Source: Kofleriaceae bacterium (GTDB lineage: Bacteria; Myxococcota_A; Polyangia; Haliangiales; Haliangiaceae). Taken from it: a stretch of DNA of 64,000 nt. The number at the start of each line of letters is the position of its first letter. The stretch's first letter is position 1. The notes under the pieces were generated by a model. That model saw only the letters and a list, made by a program, of their open reading frames with translations, did no database searches and was not told where the DNA came from. Where the stretch lies: the NCBI GenBank assembly GCA_048500355.1, contig JASNYD010000006.1:544211-608210 (forward strand), given 5' to 3'. A program made the translations under genes and the position numbers. This document shows positions 1-9,513 of the stretch, piece after piece.

Positions 1-246
1 CGGCCAGCGCCGGATCGACGAAGGCCGGCGCGGCGCCCGGCGCGGCCGCGACCGCGGCGACCAGCGAGCGCGCCGCCCGCACCTCGGTGGCGGCGTAGGC
101 GACCCGCTCGACGACGACCTGGTGGTCGTCGATGCGCTCGCCGCGAGCGGTGAGCTCGGTGGTGCGGGTCAGCGCGGCGGCGGTCAGCGCCTCGGCGGCG
201 GCCAGGACCGCGCGCGCGTCGTCGAGCACAGGACGTGGATCGCTCA
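1..246 (-). CDS. 5' end of a gene running off the window start; N-terminal 82 aa protein-like (MSDPRPVLDDARAVLAAAEALTAAALTRTTELTARGERIDDHQVVVERVAYAATEVRAARS...), possibly an acyl-CoA dehydrogenase-type N-terminus
   Basis: Reverse-complement of 1-246 gives an ATG at 246..244 followed by an open, non-Arg-rich frame to the window edge. The functional guess rests only on general resemblance. Confidence 0.3.
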
Positions 247-398
247 TGGGTGGTGGAGCGTACGTCACGCTCCCGCGACGGGGGATGGAATCTCGTGCGC
301 TGAATCACGTACAACCAGGGTCGCGTCAACCGGCCGCACCCGTGACGGCTCCATCATCGTGGGGGCGAGTGGCCGCGTCCCCCACCCCGAGGATCATC

Positions 399-752
399 AT
401 GCGCATGAACAAGCTTCTCTCGCTCCTGGTCGTCTCGCTCGTCGCCCTGCCGGTCGCGGCGTGGGCCGACGCTCCCCGTCACGTCATCAACGACAGCGGG
501 GTCACCACCACCCTCGACTGCGGGGCCGGCGGCGACGTGGTCCTGAACGGCAGCGCCGCCGAGCTGACCATCACCGGCGCCTGCGCCAAGATCGTCGTCA
601 ACGGCAGCCGCAACACGGTGGCCCTCGACGCCGTCGACAAGGTCCAGCTCAACGGCAGCGCCAACACCGTGACGTGGAAGAAGGGCTGGAAGAAGAAGGC
701 GCCCAAGGTGGTCAAGCTCGGCACCGGCAACAAGACCGGCAAGGTGAAGTGA
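399..752 (+). CDS. small secreted protein (DUF3060-like fold suggested by repeated VxNGSxNTV motifs)
   Basis: ATG at 399 (MRMNKLLSLLVVSLVALPVAAWA signal peptide). Lys-rich C-terminus and repeated (V)(L/V)NGS(A/R)N(T)V motifs. The longer upstream extension of ORF 132..752 is not protein-like. Confidence 0.6.
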   Translation: MRMNKLLSLLVVSLVALPVAAWADAPRHVINDSGVTTTLDCGAGGDVVLNGSAAELTITGACAKIVVNGSRNTVALDAVDKVQLNGSANTVTWKKGWKKKAPKVVKLGTGNKTGKVK

Positions 753-785
753 CCGCCGCCGGCGCCGCCGGCGTCCTCGCCGTGG

Positions 786-1835
786 TCAGGGCCCGGGCGG
801 TCGCGGACAGCCGCGGACGCCGACCACGCCGCGCCGGGTGGTCGGCATCGGCGCGTTGAAGTTGCCGCCGACGACCCAGGCCCGGCCGGCGGGGTCGAGC
901 CACGCGCCGTGGAGATCGACGCCGGTGGGCGCGGCGGCGCGCTCGTCGCGCCACGCCCCGGTCGCGCGATCCCAGCGCAGCTTGAGGCCGGCGTTGCCGA
1001 CGACGAGGACGCCGGGGTCGCCGCAGGTCACGCCGCTGGCGACGCTGCCCAGCGCCGGCTCGGCGCGGCGGGCCCAGCGCGCGCCGTCCCAGGCGTACAG
1101 GCCCTGCCCGGCCACGGCGTAGACCTCGTCGCGGGCGCAGCCGTGGACGGTGAGCGCCGGCGCCGGCGTCGCCAGCTCGGCCGAGTGATCGACGAAGGCG
1201 GCGCCGTCCCAGCGCAGCATCGTCCCGCCCTCGCCCGAGATCCAGACGTCGTCGGCGCCGCTGCCCCAGACCTTGAACAGGGTCGCGCCGCGGGCCGGGA
1301 CGCCGGGCGGCGCGGCGAAGGCGGCGCCGTCCCAGCGCAGCACCAGGTCGTCCTCGGCGTCGGCGCCGCCGCCGGGTACGCCGCCGACCAGCCACACGTC
1401 GTCGCCGGCGCTGCCCCACACGCCGTAGAGGGTGGCGGCGGTGGCCACCCGATCGACCGCGACCGCCTCGCCGCGGAGGCGCACCACCAGGCCGCGCTCC
1501 CCCACCATCCAGGTCGTGCCGTCGGGCGCGCTCCACACCCACCACAGACTGTCGTCGCCGGCGGCGGCGAGCGACGGGCGGGTCCAGCGCGCGCCGTCCC
1601 AGCGCGCGGCCAGCGGTCCACCCAGGCCGAGGCCGCCGCCCACCACCCACACGTCGTCGGCGGTGGTGCCCTGCACCGCCAGCACCGCCGCGTCGAGCTC
1701 GGCCACGGTCGCCCACCCGGCGCAGTCGTCGTCGCCGGGGCAGCCGGCGCTGCCCAGGCCGAGCCCGAGCGCCACCGCCAGCGCGCGCGGGCGGCCGCCG
1801 GCGCGCCGTGTCCGGCCCGCGGGCGCCGGCCTCAC
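786..1835 (-). CDS. beta-propeller-type repeat lipoprotein (repeated DDVW(V/L/I)(V/S)GG / LRWDGA motifs)
   Basis: GTG start at 1835..1833 overlaps the TGA stop of the upstream gene (GTGA). Signal peptide VRPAPAGRTRRAGGRPRALAVALGLGLGSAGC with a lipobox Cys. At least 5 repeats of xxDDVWxVGxxG...RWDG(A)xW; stop at 786. Confidence 0.55.
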   Translation of the reverse strand: MRPAPAGRTRRAGGRPRALAVALGLGLGSAGCPGDDDCAGWATVAELDAAVLAVQGTTADDVWVVGGGLGLGGPLAARWDGARWTRPSLAAAGDDSLWWVWSAPDGTTWMVGERGLVVRLRGEAVAVDRVATAATLYGVWGSAGDDVWLVGGVPGGGADAEDDLVLRWDGAAFAAPPGVPARGATLFKVWGSGADDVWISGEGGTMLRWDGAAFVDHSAELATPAPALTVHGCARDEVYAVAGQGLYAWDGARWARRAEPALGSVASGVTCGDPGVLVVGNAGLKLRWDRATGAWRDERAAAPTGVDLHGAWLDPAGRAWVVGGNFNAPMPTTRRGVVGVRGCPRPPGP

Positions 1836-2472
1836 GCCCCGGGCCCCGGCGCCACCCCGGCGTCGCCCGGCTCCGGGTCGGTCGGGCACGCGCCGCCGAG
1901 CTCGTAGTCGCTGTCGCACTCGCACTCGCACTCGTCGAGCTGCTCGGCCAGGCCGCAGCGCGGACGCACCGTCAGGCTGGTCTCGGCCATCCGCCCACCC
2001 GGCTCCTCGAGGCGCAGCTCGAGGCGCCAGCTCGCGCCGTCGACGTCGCGGGCGGCGGCGGCGTTGGGGCACGCCGGCACGTTGGCCAGGTCGTCGAAGG
2101 GCGAGGCGACGTGGCCCCAGCCGTCGCTGCCGGCGACCAGCCGCGCCGGTCGCTGCTCGAGCGCGATCACCTGCATCGTCGCCGGATCGCGGAGCGCGGC
2201 GGTGAGCTGCAGGGCGCAGCCGTCGACGTTGCGGGCGCGCACGCCGACGAAGATCACCTTGCCGCCCTGGAGCGGCCGCACCAGGTCGACCGCGCCGCCG
2301 TCGACCAGCTCGACCACGGCGCCGCCGTCGGCCGGCCAGTGCACCGCCACCACCTCGATCGGCAGCGCGCGGTCGCCGATGGGGCAGCTCGTCGGGGCGT
2401 CGTCGCCGCAGGCCACGGCCGCCGCCCCGGCCGCGAGGAGCGCGGCGCCGCGCCCCGGTCGGCTCAGAAGCA
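1832..2472 (-). CDS. lipoprotein with Cys-rich C-terminus (ECECECDSDYELGGAC)
   Basis: Only a TTG (2472..2470) gives a lipoprotein signal, MLLSRPGRGAALLAAGAAAVAC-GDD; there is no in-frame ATG. Ends TGA at 1832, overlapping the next gene start. The start codon is uncertain. Confidence 0.45.
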
Positions 2473-3516
2473 AGCGATGTCCTCGGTCCGCGGGTAGTAG
2501 TACAGGAAGACGTTGCAGTGCTCGCTGGTCTCGACGATGGGACCGAACGTGTAGCAGCAGTCGTTGGCCTGCAGCGGATCCCGGGCGTCGACCTCGGCGC
2601 AGCCGAGCTCGGGCTCGCGCCACCGATACTCGCACGTCCACCAGATCCCGCCGCCGCGCGGCAGGAGCAGCTCGAGGCCGTTCGCCATCTCGGGCTCGGC
2701 CCAGTCGTCGCTGACGTAGAAGCGGTCGGCGTCGGGCGGCCGCGTCGTCGACTGGCCGTCCCAGGCGTAGACGCTGAAGCGGCGGCCGCGCGAGTGGAAG
2801 TGACCGTTGACCGCGGCCACCCAGTGGTTGCCGTCGGGCATCGAGCAGGTCCCGGAGAAGGTCGGCGGCGGCGTCGACCGGCAGATGCGGATGTTCTGCT
2901 GGGTCGCGAACAGCGTCCCCATCTCGATCGTGTCGTCGCGGCTGCGGTGGAGGTTGACGCCGGCGCGGCCGCGGAACGGCGTCTCCTGGGTGCTGGCGTT
3001 GACGTAGTGGACCTGCAGCATGAGGCGCTCGCCGGCGGTGAAGCGGGTGGCGACGTCGTCGGGCAGGCGCCACTCGTAGACCGGGCTCTCCACCGACGAC
3101 TGCTGGGAGTTGGCGACCAGCGGCCAGGTCGCCCAGTTGGCCGAGTTCCAGCACGGGCCGCCGCGGATGACGGTGCCGGCGACGCCGCCCAGATCCACCG
3201 GCTCGCCGGCGGCGGGATCGAGGCCGACCACGGTGCCGACCCGGAACAGGTTGAGGTGGTGGCTGCCCGGGTTGAGCGCGAGCGCGAAGCGATCGACCCA
3301 CAGCGTGTCCGCGGCCTGGGGCGGGACCTCGAAGAAGTAGCAGTCCTGGAGCTCGGCGCCGGCCGCCACCTCGAACTCGGGCGTGCGCACCCACACCCCC
3401 TCGTCGGCGGTGAGCGGTTCGAGGTACCAGGGCTCGAAGCCGGAGAGGTTGTCGCCGCAGGCGGCGACGAGGCCGGCCGCGGCAACCGCAGCCGCGAGGA
3501 CGGAGGCGCGCACCAT
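2464..3516 (-). CDS. lipoprotein with copper type II ascorbate-dependent monooxygenase-like (PHM/DBH-like) His motifs
   Basis: Clean 350-aa ORF with normal amino-acid composition and signal MVRASVLAAAVAAAGLVAAC-GDN. His spacing GSHHLNLF ... QVHYVN ... NGHFHSRG ... EPEMANG resembles CuH (HH..H) and CuM (HxH..M) sites of PHM/DBH-family monooxygenases. The family assignment is inferred. Confidence 0.65.
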   Translation of the reverse strand: MVRASVLAAAVAAAGLVAACGDNLSGFEPWYLEPLTADEGVWVRTPEFEVAAGAELQDCYFFEVPPQAADTLWVDRFALALNPGSHHLNLFRVGTVVGLDPAAGEPVDLGGVAGTVIRGGPCWNSANWATWPLVANSQQSSVESPVYEWRLPDDVATRFTAGERLMLQVHYVNASTQETPFRGRAGVNLHRSRDDTIEMGTLFATQQNIRICRSTPPPTFSGTCSMPDGNHWVAAVNGHFHSRGRRFSVYAWDGQSTTRPPDADRFYVSDDWAEPEMANGLELLLPRGGGIWWTCEYRWREPELGCAEVDARDPLQANDCCYTFGPIVETSEHCNVFLYYYPRTEDIACF

Positions 3517-3592
3517 GATGGCCGAGCGTACCAGGGACCGACCCGCGCCCGCGACCGGGCCCCGCGCGCGACCGCGGGGGCGGTGGCGACGA

Positions 3593-4438
3593 TCACAGGC
3601 AGGCGACGAAGGCCCGCTCCACCGAGCCGGCGTAGCCGCCGCCGAAGAGGACGACGTGAACGAGCAGCGGGTAGAGCTGCCACAGCGGCACGCGCTCGTC
3701 CCAGCCCGGCTCGAGGGGGAAGGCCTCGTCGTAGGCGGCGAGGGTCCGCGGCTCGAGGCCGCCGAACAGCGCCAGCATCGCCAGGTCGACCTCGCGCGGG
3801 CCGCCGTAGACCGCCGGGTCGATCAGCGCCGGCGCGCCGCCGCTGACCAGCACGTTGCCGCTCCACAGGTCGCCGTGCAGCCGCGCCGGCGGCTCGGCCG
3901 GCGCCAGCGCGTCGGCGCGCGCGGCCAGCTCGTCCACCGCGCGCCGCCAGCGGGCGGGCCCACGGCCCAGCGCGATCGCGCGCTCGACCATCGGCGCCAG
4001 CCGGCGCTGGAACCACAGCTCGTCCCAGGTCGCGGCCGGCGCGTTGTCCTGGGGCAGGGTGGCGATGAAGCTCGGCGCGTCGAGGCCGAAGCGCGGCGCG
4101 CCGGCGCGATGGAGCGCGGCCAGGCCGCGACCGAGGGCGGCCGCGGTGTCGGCGCCGGCCGGCCCCGGCGCGAGCCACTCGAGGACCAGCGCGTGCGCGT
4201 CGTGGCCGAGCACGGCGGGCACCCGCAGCGCGCCGGCCGCCGCCAGCCAGGCCAGGCCGTGGGCCTCGGCGGCGAACAGGCCCGCGGGCGGCGCCGGGTC
4301 GTGCTTCACGAAGACGGTGCGGCCGTCGGTGAGCTCGGCGCGGAACGCCTGGTTGATGTCGCCGCCGTGGACCCGCTCGAGCCGCCGCGCCGCGGTGCCG
4401 GTGATCGCGACCAGCGACGCCTCGACGGCGGCGCTCAC
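3593..4438 (-). CDS. fructosamine kinase family protein (aminoglycoside phosphotransferase-like kinase)
   Basis: GTG start 4438..4436 overlaps the TGA stop of the upstream LMW-PTP (GTGA). Motifs LHGDLWSGNVL and DPAVYGGPREVDLAML are typical of the fructosamine-3-kinase/APH fold. Confidence 0.75.
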   Translation of the reverse strand: MSAAVEASLVAITGTAARRLERVHGGDINQAFRAELTDGRTVFVKHDPAPPAGLFAAEAHGLAWLAAAGALRVPAVLGHDAHALVLEWLAPGPAGADTAAALGRGLAALHRAGAPRFGLDAPSFIATLPQDNAPAATWDELWFQRRLAPMVERAIALGRGPARWRRAVDELAARADALAPAEPPARLHGDLWSGNVLVSGGAPALIDPAVYGGPREVDLAMLALFGGLEPRTLAAYDEAFPLEPGWDERVPLWQLYPLLVHVVLFGGGYAGSVERAFVACL

Positions 4439-4926
4439 GACCCGGATCCGGCGCCGGCCAGCCGCGGGTGCAGCGCGGCGACCAGCCCGGCGCACGCGGC
4501 CTCGCAGATGTCGAGGACGCGCTCGAAGCCGTCGTCGCCGCCGTAGTACGGGTCGGGCACCTCGGCGCCGTCGGGCGCGTCGGGGTCGTAGCTGCGGAGC
4601 AGCCGGACCCGGGCGCGGGCCGCGGCGTCGGGCGCCAGCCCCAGCACCGCGCGCTGGTTGGCGGCGTCCATGGTCAGGATGAGGTCGAAGCGCTCGAAGT
4701 CCACGCGCTGGAACTGGCGAGCGCGGTGCGCGAGCTCGATCCCGCGCGCCCGCGCCGCCGCCCGGGTCCGCGGGTCCGGCAGCTCGCCGACGTGCCAGCC
4801 GCCGGTGCCGGCGCTGTCGACGGTCACCCGCCCGGCGAGCCCGGCGCGCTCCAGGGTGAGGCGCATCACCCCCTCGGCGGTGGGCGAGCGACAGATGTTG
4901 CCCAGGCAGACGAAGCAGATCCTCAC
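4435..4926 (-). CDS. low-molecular-weight protein-tyrosine phosphatase
   Basis: N-terminus [20 protein letters not shown] carries the P-loop CX5R(S) signature. A DPYYG motif lies near the C-terminus. Confidence 0.85.
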   Translation of the reverse strand: MRICFVCLGNICRSPTAEGVMRLTLERAGLAGRVTVDSAGTGGWHVGELPDPRTRAAARARGIELAHRARQFQRVDFERFDLILTMDAANQRAVLGLAPDAAARARVRLLRSYDPDAPDGAEVPDPYYGGDDGFERVLDICEAACAGLVAALHPRLAGAGSGS

Positions 4927-4943
4927 GTCGCTGCCGGTGTACC

Positions 4944-6314
4944 ATGGCGGCGATGCGCCGAGCCGCCCTCTCCCTGCTCGTGCTCTGGCTCGGCGCCTGC
5001 GCCTTCGAGCCGCGCGGCGGCGATCCCGACGCCACCGCCACCGACGCCGCCACCGACGCGCCGGACGACGACGGCGACGCCGCCGTCCCCGACGCCGCCA
5101 CCGACGCCGCCGTCCCCGACGCCGCCGTCCCCGACGCCGCCGTCCCCGACGCCGCCGTCCCCGACGCCGCCACCGACGCCGCCGTCCCCGACGCCGCCAC
5201 CGACGCCGCCGTCGACGCCAGTCCCGACGCGCCGCCGCTGGTCGACATCGCCTACCTGCCGCCGGCGGCCGAGGTGCCCGGCACCGGCGACGTGACCATC
5301 AGCGGGCTGATCACGATCGACACCTCGCCCACCGGCTCGCGCCCGAACCTCGGCGCCGGCACGTCGTACTCGGTGGCGACCCCGACCGGGGGCGGCGCCG
5401 ACATCGTCGTCCTCCACGTCGACGACCTGACCATCACCGCCGCCGGCACGCTGCGCGTGGTCGGCGCCCGACCGTTCGCGATCGTCGCCGGTGGCGCGGT
5501 CGTGATCAGCGGCAGGCTCGACGCCAGCGCCACCGGCACCACCGTCGCTGGCCCCGGCGGCGGCGGCCCCAGCGCCGGCACCGGCGAGGGCGGCGACGGC
5601 AGCCACGCCGGCACGCGCACCGACAGCGGCGGCGGCGGCGCTGGCCACGGGACGAGCGGCGCGCGCGGCGGCAACGCCACCTGCAACCTCGGCTGCCTCC
5701 CGAACGTCGTGACCGCCGGCGGCGCCGGCGGCGTCGCGTACAACGCCGGGCTCACCCAGCTCGTCGGCGGCTCGGGCGGCGGCAACGCGGCGGCGGCCAG
5801 CGGCACCTGCCCCGGCCAGCCCGGCGGCGCCGGCGGCGGCGCCGTGCTGATCTACGCCGCGGGCTCGATCACCGTCGCCGGCGTCATCGCCGCGCACGGC
5901 GGCGGCGGCGGCCGCGGCGTCGCCTGCTCGGGCACGGTGTCGACCGCCGGGGCCGGCGGCGGCTCGGGCGGTCAGCTCGACCTGCAGTCGCCGTCGATCA
6001 CGGTCAGCGGTCAGATCGGCGCCAACGGCGGCGGCGGCGGCGGTGGCTCCGACGGCAGCGACGGCGACGGCCAGCCCGGCCAGGACGGGCGCGACGACGG
6101 CAACCAGGCCAGCGGCGGCGCCGGCAGCGGCAACGTGGGCGGCGACGGCGGCGCGGGCGGTGCCGGCGCCTCCGGTCCCGGCCAGGGCGAGGACATGGGC
6201 AACGATCAGAACGGCGGGGGCGGCGGCGGCGCGGTCGGACGGGTCACGATCCGCCACCGCGGCGCCCAGCCCACCGTCGCCTCGAGTCCGCCTCCCACCT
6301 ACATCCCCTACTGA
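4944..6314 (+). CDS. glycine-rich lipoprotein, paralog A of a tandem triplicated family (Cys-AFEPRG N-terminus, D/A pentapeptide-repeat linker, GGA(V/I/L) motifs)
   Basis: [26 protein letters not shown] lipobox. An in-frame 15-nt repeat encodes (AAVPD/AATD)n at 5085-5230. Conserved block [15 protein letters not shown] ... [15 protein letters not shown] ... [22 protein letters not shown] ... GRVTIRHRG. Confidence 0.7.
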   Translation: MAAMRRAALSLLVLWLGACAFEPRGGDPDATATDAATDAPDDDGDAAVPDAATDAAVPDAAVPDAAVPDAAVPDAATDAAVPDAATDAAVDASPDAPPLVDIAYLPPAAEVPGTGDVTISGLITIDTSPTGSRPNLGAGTSYSVATPTGGGADIVVLHVDDLTITAAGTLRVVGARPFAIVAGGAVVISGRLDASATGTTVAGPGGGGPSAGTGEGGDGSHAGTRTDSGGGGAGHGTSGARGGNATCNLGCLPNVVTAGGAGGVAYNAGLTQLVGGSGGGNAAAASGTCPGQPGGAGGGAVLIYAAGSITVAGVIAAHGGGGGRGVACSGTVSTAGAGGGSGGQLDLQSPSITVSGQIGANGGGGGGGSDGSDGDGQPGQDGRDDGNQASGGAGSGNVGGDGGAGGAGASGPGQGEDMGNDQNGGGGGGAVGRVTIRHRGAQPTVASSPPPTYIPY

Positions 6315-6365
6315 CCCGGCCGCGAACGCTCGCCACGAGCGCCTCCCGGGGCGATACTCGGCCCG

Positions 6366-7784
6366 ATGTGGCCGTACCGCGTCGCCCCGGCGATCCTGGC
6401 CCTGGCGCTCCTGGCGCCCGCCTGCGCCTTCGAGCCCCGCGGCGAGGAGCTCGCGGCCGACGCCGCCCTGGCCGACGGCGCGGTCGACGCGCGCCCCGAC
6501 GACGGCGGAGGCGACGACGACGCGGCGGCCATCGACGCGAGCGTGATCGACGCCGGCCTCACCGACGCCCGCCCCGACGCCGCGATCGTCGACGCCGCGA
6601 TCACCGACGCCCGCCCCGACGCCGCGATCGTCGACGCCGGGGTCACCGACGCCCGGCCGCCCGACGCCGGCGTCACCGACGCCCGGCCGCCCGACGCCGG
6701 CGTCGACGCCGGCGCGGTCGACGACATCGTCCACGTCCGGGCGATCGACGAGCACCTCGGCACCGGCGACTGGACCCTGACCGCGAACGCGAGCGTGCGG
6801 ACGTTCGGCACCGGCGCTGGCTTCGACGTCCCGCTACCGGCCGGGGTGACCTTCGAGAACGCGCCCCAGGATCCGAGCGAGCCGACGCTCGCGATCCTCC
6901 GCGTCCGCCACCTCACGATCGCCAGCGGGGTCACCCTGCGCGTGGTCGGCGCCGCGCCGTTCGTCGTCATCGCCGAGAGCGTGACGCTCTCCGGCGTCAT
7001 CGACGCCGGCGCCCGCCTCGGCGTGGCCGGCGGCGGCGCCACGGCCGGGATCGGCGTCGGCGGCGACGGCGCGCACCGCGGCCTCTACTCCGACGGCGGC
7101 GGCGGCGGCGGCAGCTTCGCCACCAGCGGCGGCCGCGGCGGTAACGCCTTCTGCGACACCGGCTGCACCCCGAACACGACCGCGCCCGGCGGCGCCGGCG
7201 GCGCGCTCCACGGCGACGCCATGCTGACCACGCTCCAGGGCGGCTCGGCCGGCGGACGAGGAGCGGCCCCCGCCGGCTGCACGATGGGGCCCGTCGGCGC
7301 CGGCGGCGGCGCGGTCCAGCTCTACGCCCGCACGTCGATCGTCATCGGCGCGGGTGGCGGCGTCAACGCCGGCGGGGGTGGCGGCGCCCGGGGCGAGCAG
7401 TGCCTCGGCAACTGGGGCGCGGCCCACGGCGGCGGCGCCGGCGGCGCCATCTACCTGCAGTCGCCGAGCGTGGTCAGCGGCGGCGTCCTCGCCGCCAACG
7501 GCGGCGGCGGCGGCGGCAGCGCCGGGCAGGGCGGCCCGGGCCGGAGCGGCAGCGACGGCGCGCTCGGCACCACGCCCGCGCCCGGCGGCGCCGGCAACGG
7601 CAACCTGAGCGCGCGCGGCGGCGACGGCGCCGCGGGCACGACCGCCGCGGGCAACGGCGGCGACGTCGGCAACGCCGGCAACGGCGGCGGCGGCGGCGGC
7701 GGGGCCGGCCGCATCGTCATCCGCCACCGCGGCACGGTCATCGCCGGCACCACCAGCCCCCCCGCGGTGACGGCGGCCTACTGA
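6366..7784 (+). CDS. glycine-rich lipoprotein, paralog B
   Basis: [27 protein letters not shown]; linker (DARPDAAIVDA)n. Shares [57 protein letters not shown] and GRIVIRHRG with paralogs A and C. Confidence 0.7.
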   Translation: MWPYRVAPAILALALLAPACAFEPRGEELAADAALADGAVDARPDDGGGDDDAAAIDASVIDAGLTDARPDAAIVDAAITDARPDAAIVDAGVTDARPPDAGVTDARPPDAGVDAGAVDDIVHVRAIDEHLGTGDWTLTANASVRTFGTGAGFDVPLPAGVTFENAPQDPSEPTLAILRVRHLTIASGVTLRVVGAAPFVVIAESVTLSGVIDAGARLGVAGGGATAGIGVGGDGAHRGLYSDGGGGGGSFATSGGRGGNAFCDTGCTPNTTAPGGAGGALHGDAMLTTLQGGSAGGRGAAPAGCTMGPVGAGGGAVQLYARTSIVIGAGGGVNAGGGGGARGEQCLGNWGAAHGGGAGGAIYLQSPSVVSGGVLAANGGGGGGSAGQGGPGRSGSDGALGTTPAPGGAGNGNLSARGGDGAAGTTAAGNGGDVGNAGNGGGGGGGAGRIVIRHRGTVIAGTTSPPAVTAAY

Positions 7785-9004
7785 TGCGGCGGCGCGGCTC
7801 GTCCACGATCGTGGCGCCCGGCCTCGCGCTGGCGCTCACGCTCACCGGGGGGTGCGCCTTCGAGCCGCGGGGCGCGCTCGACGACGACGCGGCCGCGCCC
7901 GACGCGCCGGGGGACGACGTCGACGCCGCGACCACCGACGCGCTCGAACCCGACGCCGCGCCGCACCAGGTCGCCCACGTCGCCAGCGCCGACGCCACCC
8001 TGGGCAGCGAGGATCTGGTCTTCGACGCCGCGGCCACGATCGACACCGGCGCGCTCACGGTCACCGGGATCACGCTGCCGGTCGGGGTCGAGCTGGTCGC
8101 GGCCGCCCAGAGCCCGAGCGGCCCCGAGCTCGCCCTCCTGCGCGTGCGCGGCCTGACCCTCGCCGAGGGCGTGGTCGTCCGCGCGATCGGCTCGCGCCCC
8201 CTGGTGATCCTCGCCGAGACCGCGAGCATCGCCGGCACCCTCGACGCCGGCGCCCGCCGCGATCAACCCGGCGCCGGTGGCTCCGGACCGCGCGGTGGCA
8301 TCGGCCGCGGCGGCGACGGCGTGCGCGACGGCAGCTACGCCGACAGCGGCGGCGGCGGCGGCGGCTTCGGTCAGCCCGGCGCCAAGGGTGGCGACGCCAG
8401 CGGCGCCGCCGGCGGCGAGGGCGGCCTGGCCTTCGGCGACCCCAACCTCGACCTCCTGCTCGGCGGCGCCGGGGGCGGCGGCGCGTCGTCGAGCGGCTGC
8501 GACGCCACCACCGCCGGCGCCGGCGGCGGCGCGCTCCAGATCTACGCCCGCACGTCGATCGAGATCACCACCACCGGCGCGATCAACGCCGGCGGCGGCG
8601 GCGGCGGCGGCGGCCGGAGCTGCTCGTTGCAGTACCTGGCCGGGACCGGCGGCGGCTCCGGCGGCGCCATCTACCTGCAGTCGCCGGTCATCGCCAGCGC
8701 GGGCATCCTCGCCGCCAACGGCGGCGGCGGCGGCGGCGGCGCCAGCAACGACCACGGCGGCCCCGGCGGCGACGGCACCGCGACCACCGCCCGCGCCACC
8801 GGCGGCACCTCCGGCGGCGCCACCTACGGCGCGGTCGGCGGCCGGGGCGCCGCCCAGGTCGGCGACGCCACCGCCGGCGACAACGGGCCCAGCCTCGGCA
8901 ACGGCGGCGGCGGCGGGGGCGGCGGCGGCCGCATCGTCGTCAGCTACCGCGACACGCTCGAGGAGGGCACCGTCAGCCCGTCGGCCGTCAAGCGGCAGTT
9001 CTGA
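7784..9004 (+). CDS. glycine-rich lipoprotein, paralog C
   Basis: ATG 7784 overlaps the TGA stop of paralog B (TGATG). [30 protein letters not shown]; shares [59 protein letters not shown] and GRIVVSYR. Confidence 0.7.
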   Translation: MRRRGSSTIVAPGLALALTLTGGCAFEPRGALDDDAAAPDAPGDDVDAATTDALEPDAAPHQVAHVASADATLGSEDLVFDAAATIDTGALTVTGITLPVGVELVAAAQSPSGPELALLRVRGLTLAEGVVVRAIGSRPLVILAETASIAGTLDAGARRDQPGAGGSGPRGGIGRGGDGVRDGSYADSGGGGGGFGQPGAKGGDASGAAGGEGGLAFGDPNLDLLLGGAGGGGASSSGCDATTAGAGGGALQIYARTSIEITTTGAINAGGGGGGGGRSCSLQYLAGTGGGSGGAIYLQSPVIASAGILAANGGGGGGGASNDHGGPGGDGTATTARATGGTSGGATYGAVGGRGAAQVGDATAGDNGPSLGNGGGGGGGGGRIVVSYRDTLEEGTVSPSAVKRQF

Positions 9005-9053
9005 CCTGGCGTCCGGGGTCCGAGGCCCGACGGCCGACGGCCCTTCGACCGCG

Positions 9054-9486
9054 GAACCCGAGCCCGGAGCCGAACCCGAGCCCGAGCCCGAATCCGAATC
9101 CGAACCCGAGCCCGAATCCAGGCCCGAATCCGAATCCGAACCCGAGCCCGAATCCGAGCCCGAATCCGAACCCGAATCCGAGCCCGAACCCGGATCCGAA
9201 CCCGAGCCCGAATCCGAACCCGAGCCCGAGCCCGAATCCGAATCCGAACCCGGATCCGAACCCGAACCCGAACCCGAACCCGGATCCGAATCCGAACCCG
9301 AATCCGAATCCGAACCCGAGCCCGGAGCCGAACCCGAACCCGAATCCGAATCCGAACCCGAATCTGAGCCCGAGCCCGGAGCCGAACCCGAACCCGAATC
9401 CGAATCCGAACCCGAATCCGAACCCGAACCCGAGCCCGAACCCGAATCCGAACCCGAGTCCGAGTCCGAGCCCGAGCCCGAACCCG
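9054..9486. repeat. tandem hexanucleotide array (GARNCC)n, about 72 units (gaaccc/gagccc/gaatcc/ggatcc/ggagcc/gagtcc)
   Basis: Read directly: the array lies between convergent genes (paralog C stop 9004, HNH stop 9514). Every frame translates to low-complexity dipeptide runs (EP/SE/PN/GS/DS) with no credible start codon. Confidence 0.85.
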
Positions 9487-9513
9487 ATCGTCCGTCTCCC
9501 GGACGCCCCCAGC

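Noticed and set aside
786-4178. 1130-aa ORF on the minus strand
   Set aside because: Arg/Ala/Pro/Gly-dominated translation typical of an off-frame read through high-GC DNA. It spans four independently supported genes (fructosamine kinase, Cu-monooxygenase-like, two lipoproteins) that lie in other frames.
9054-9486. Hexamer array as a C-terminal extension of paralog C or N-terminal extension of the HNH gene
   Set aside because: Paralog C ends with a clean TGA at 9004 followed by non-repeat sequence, and the HNH gene ends at 9514 on the opposite strand. The array is flanked by both stops.
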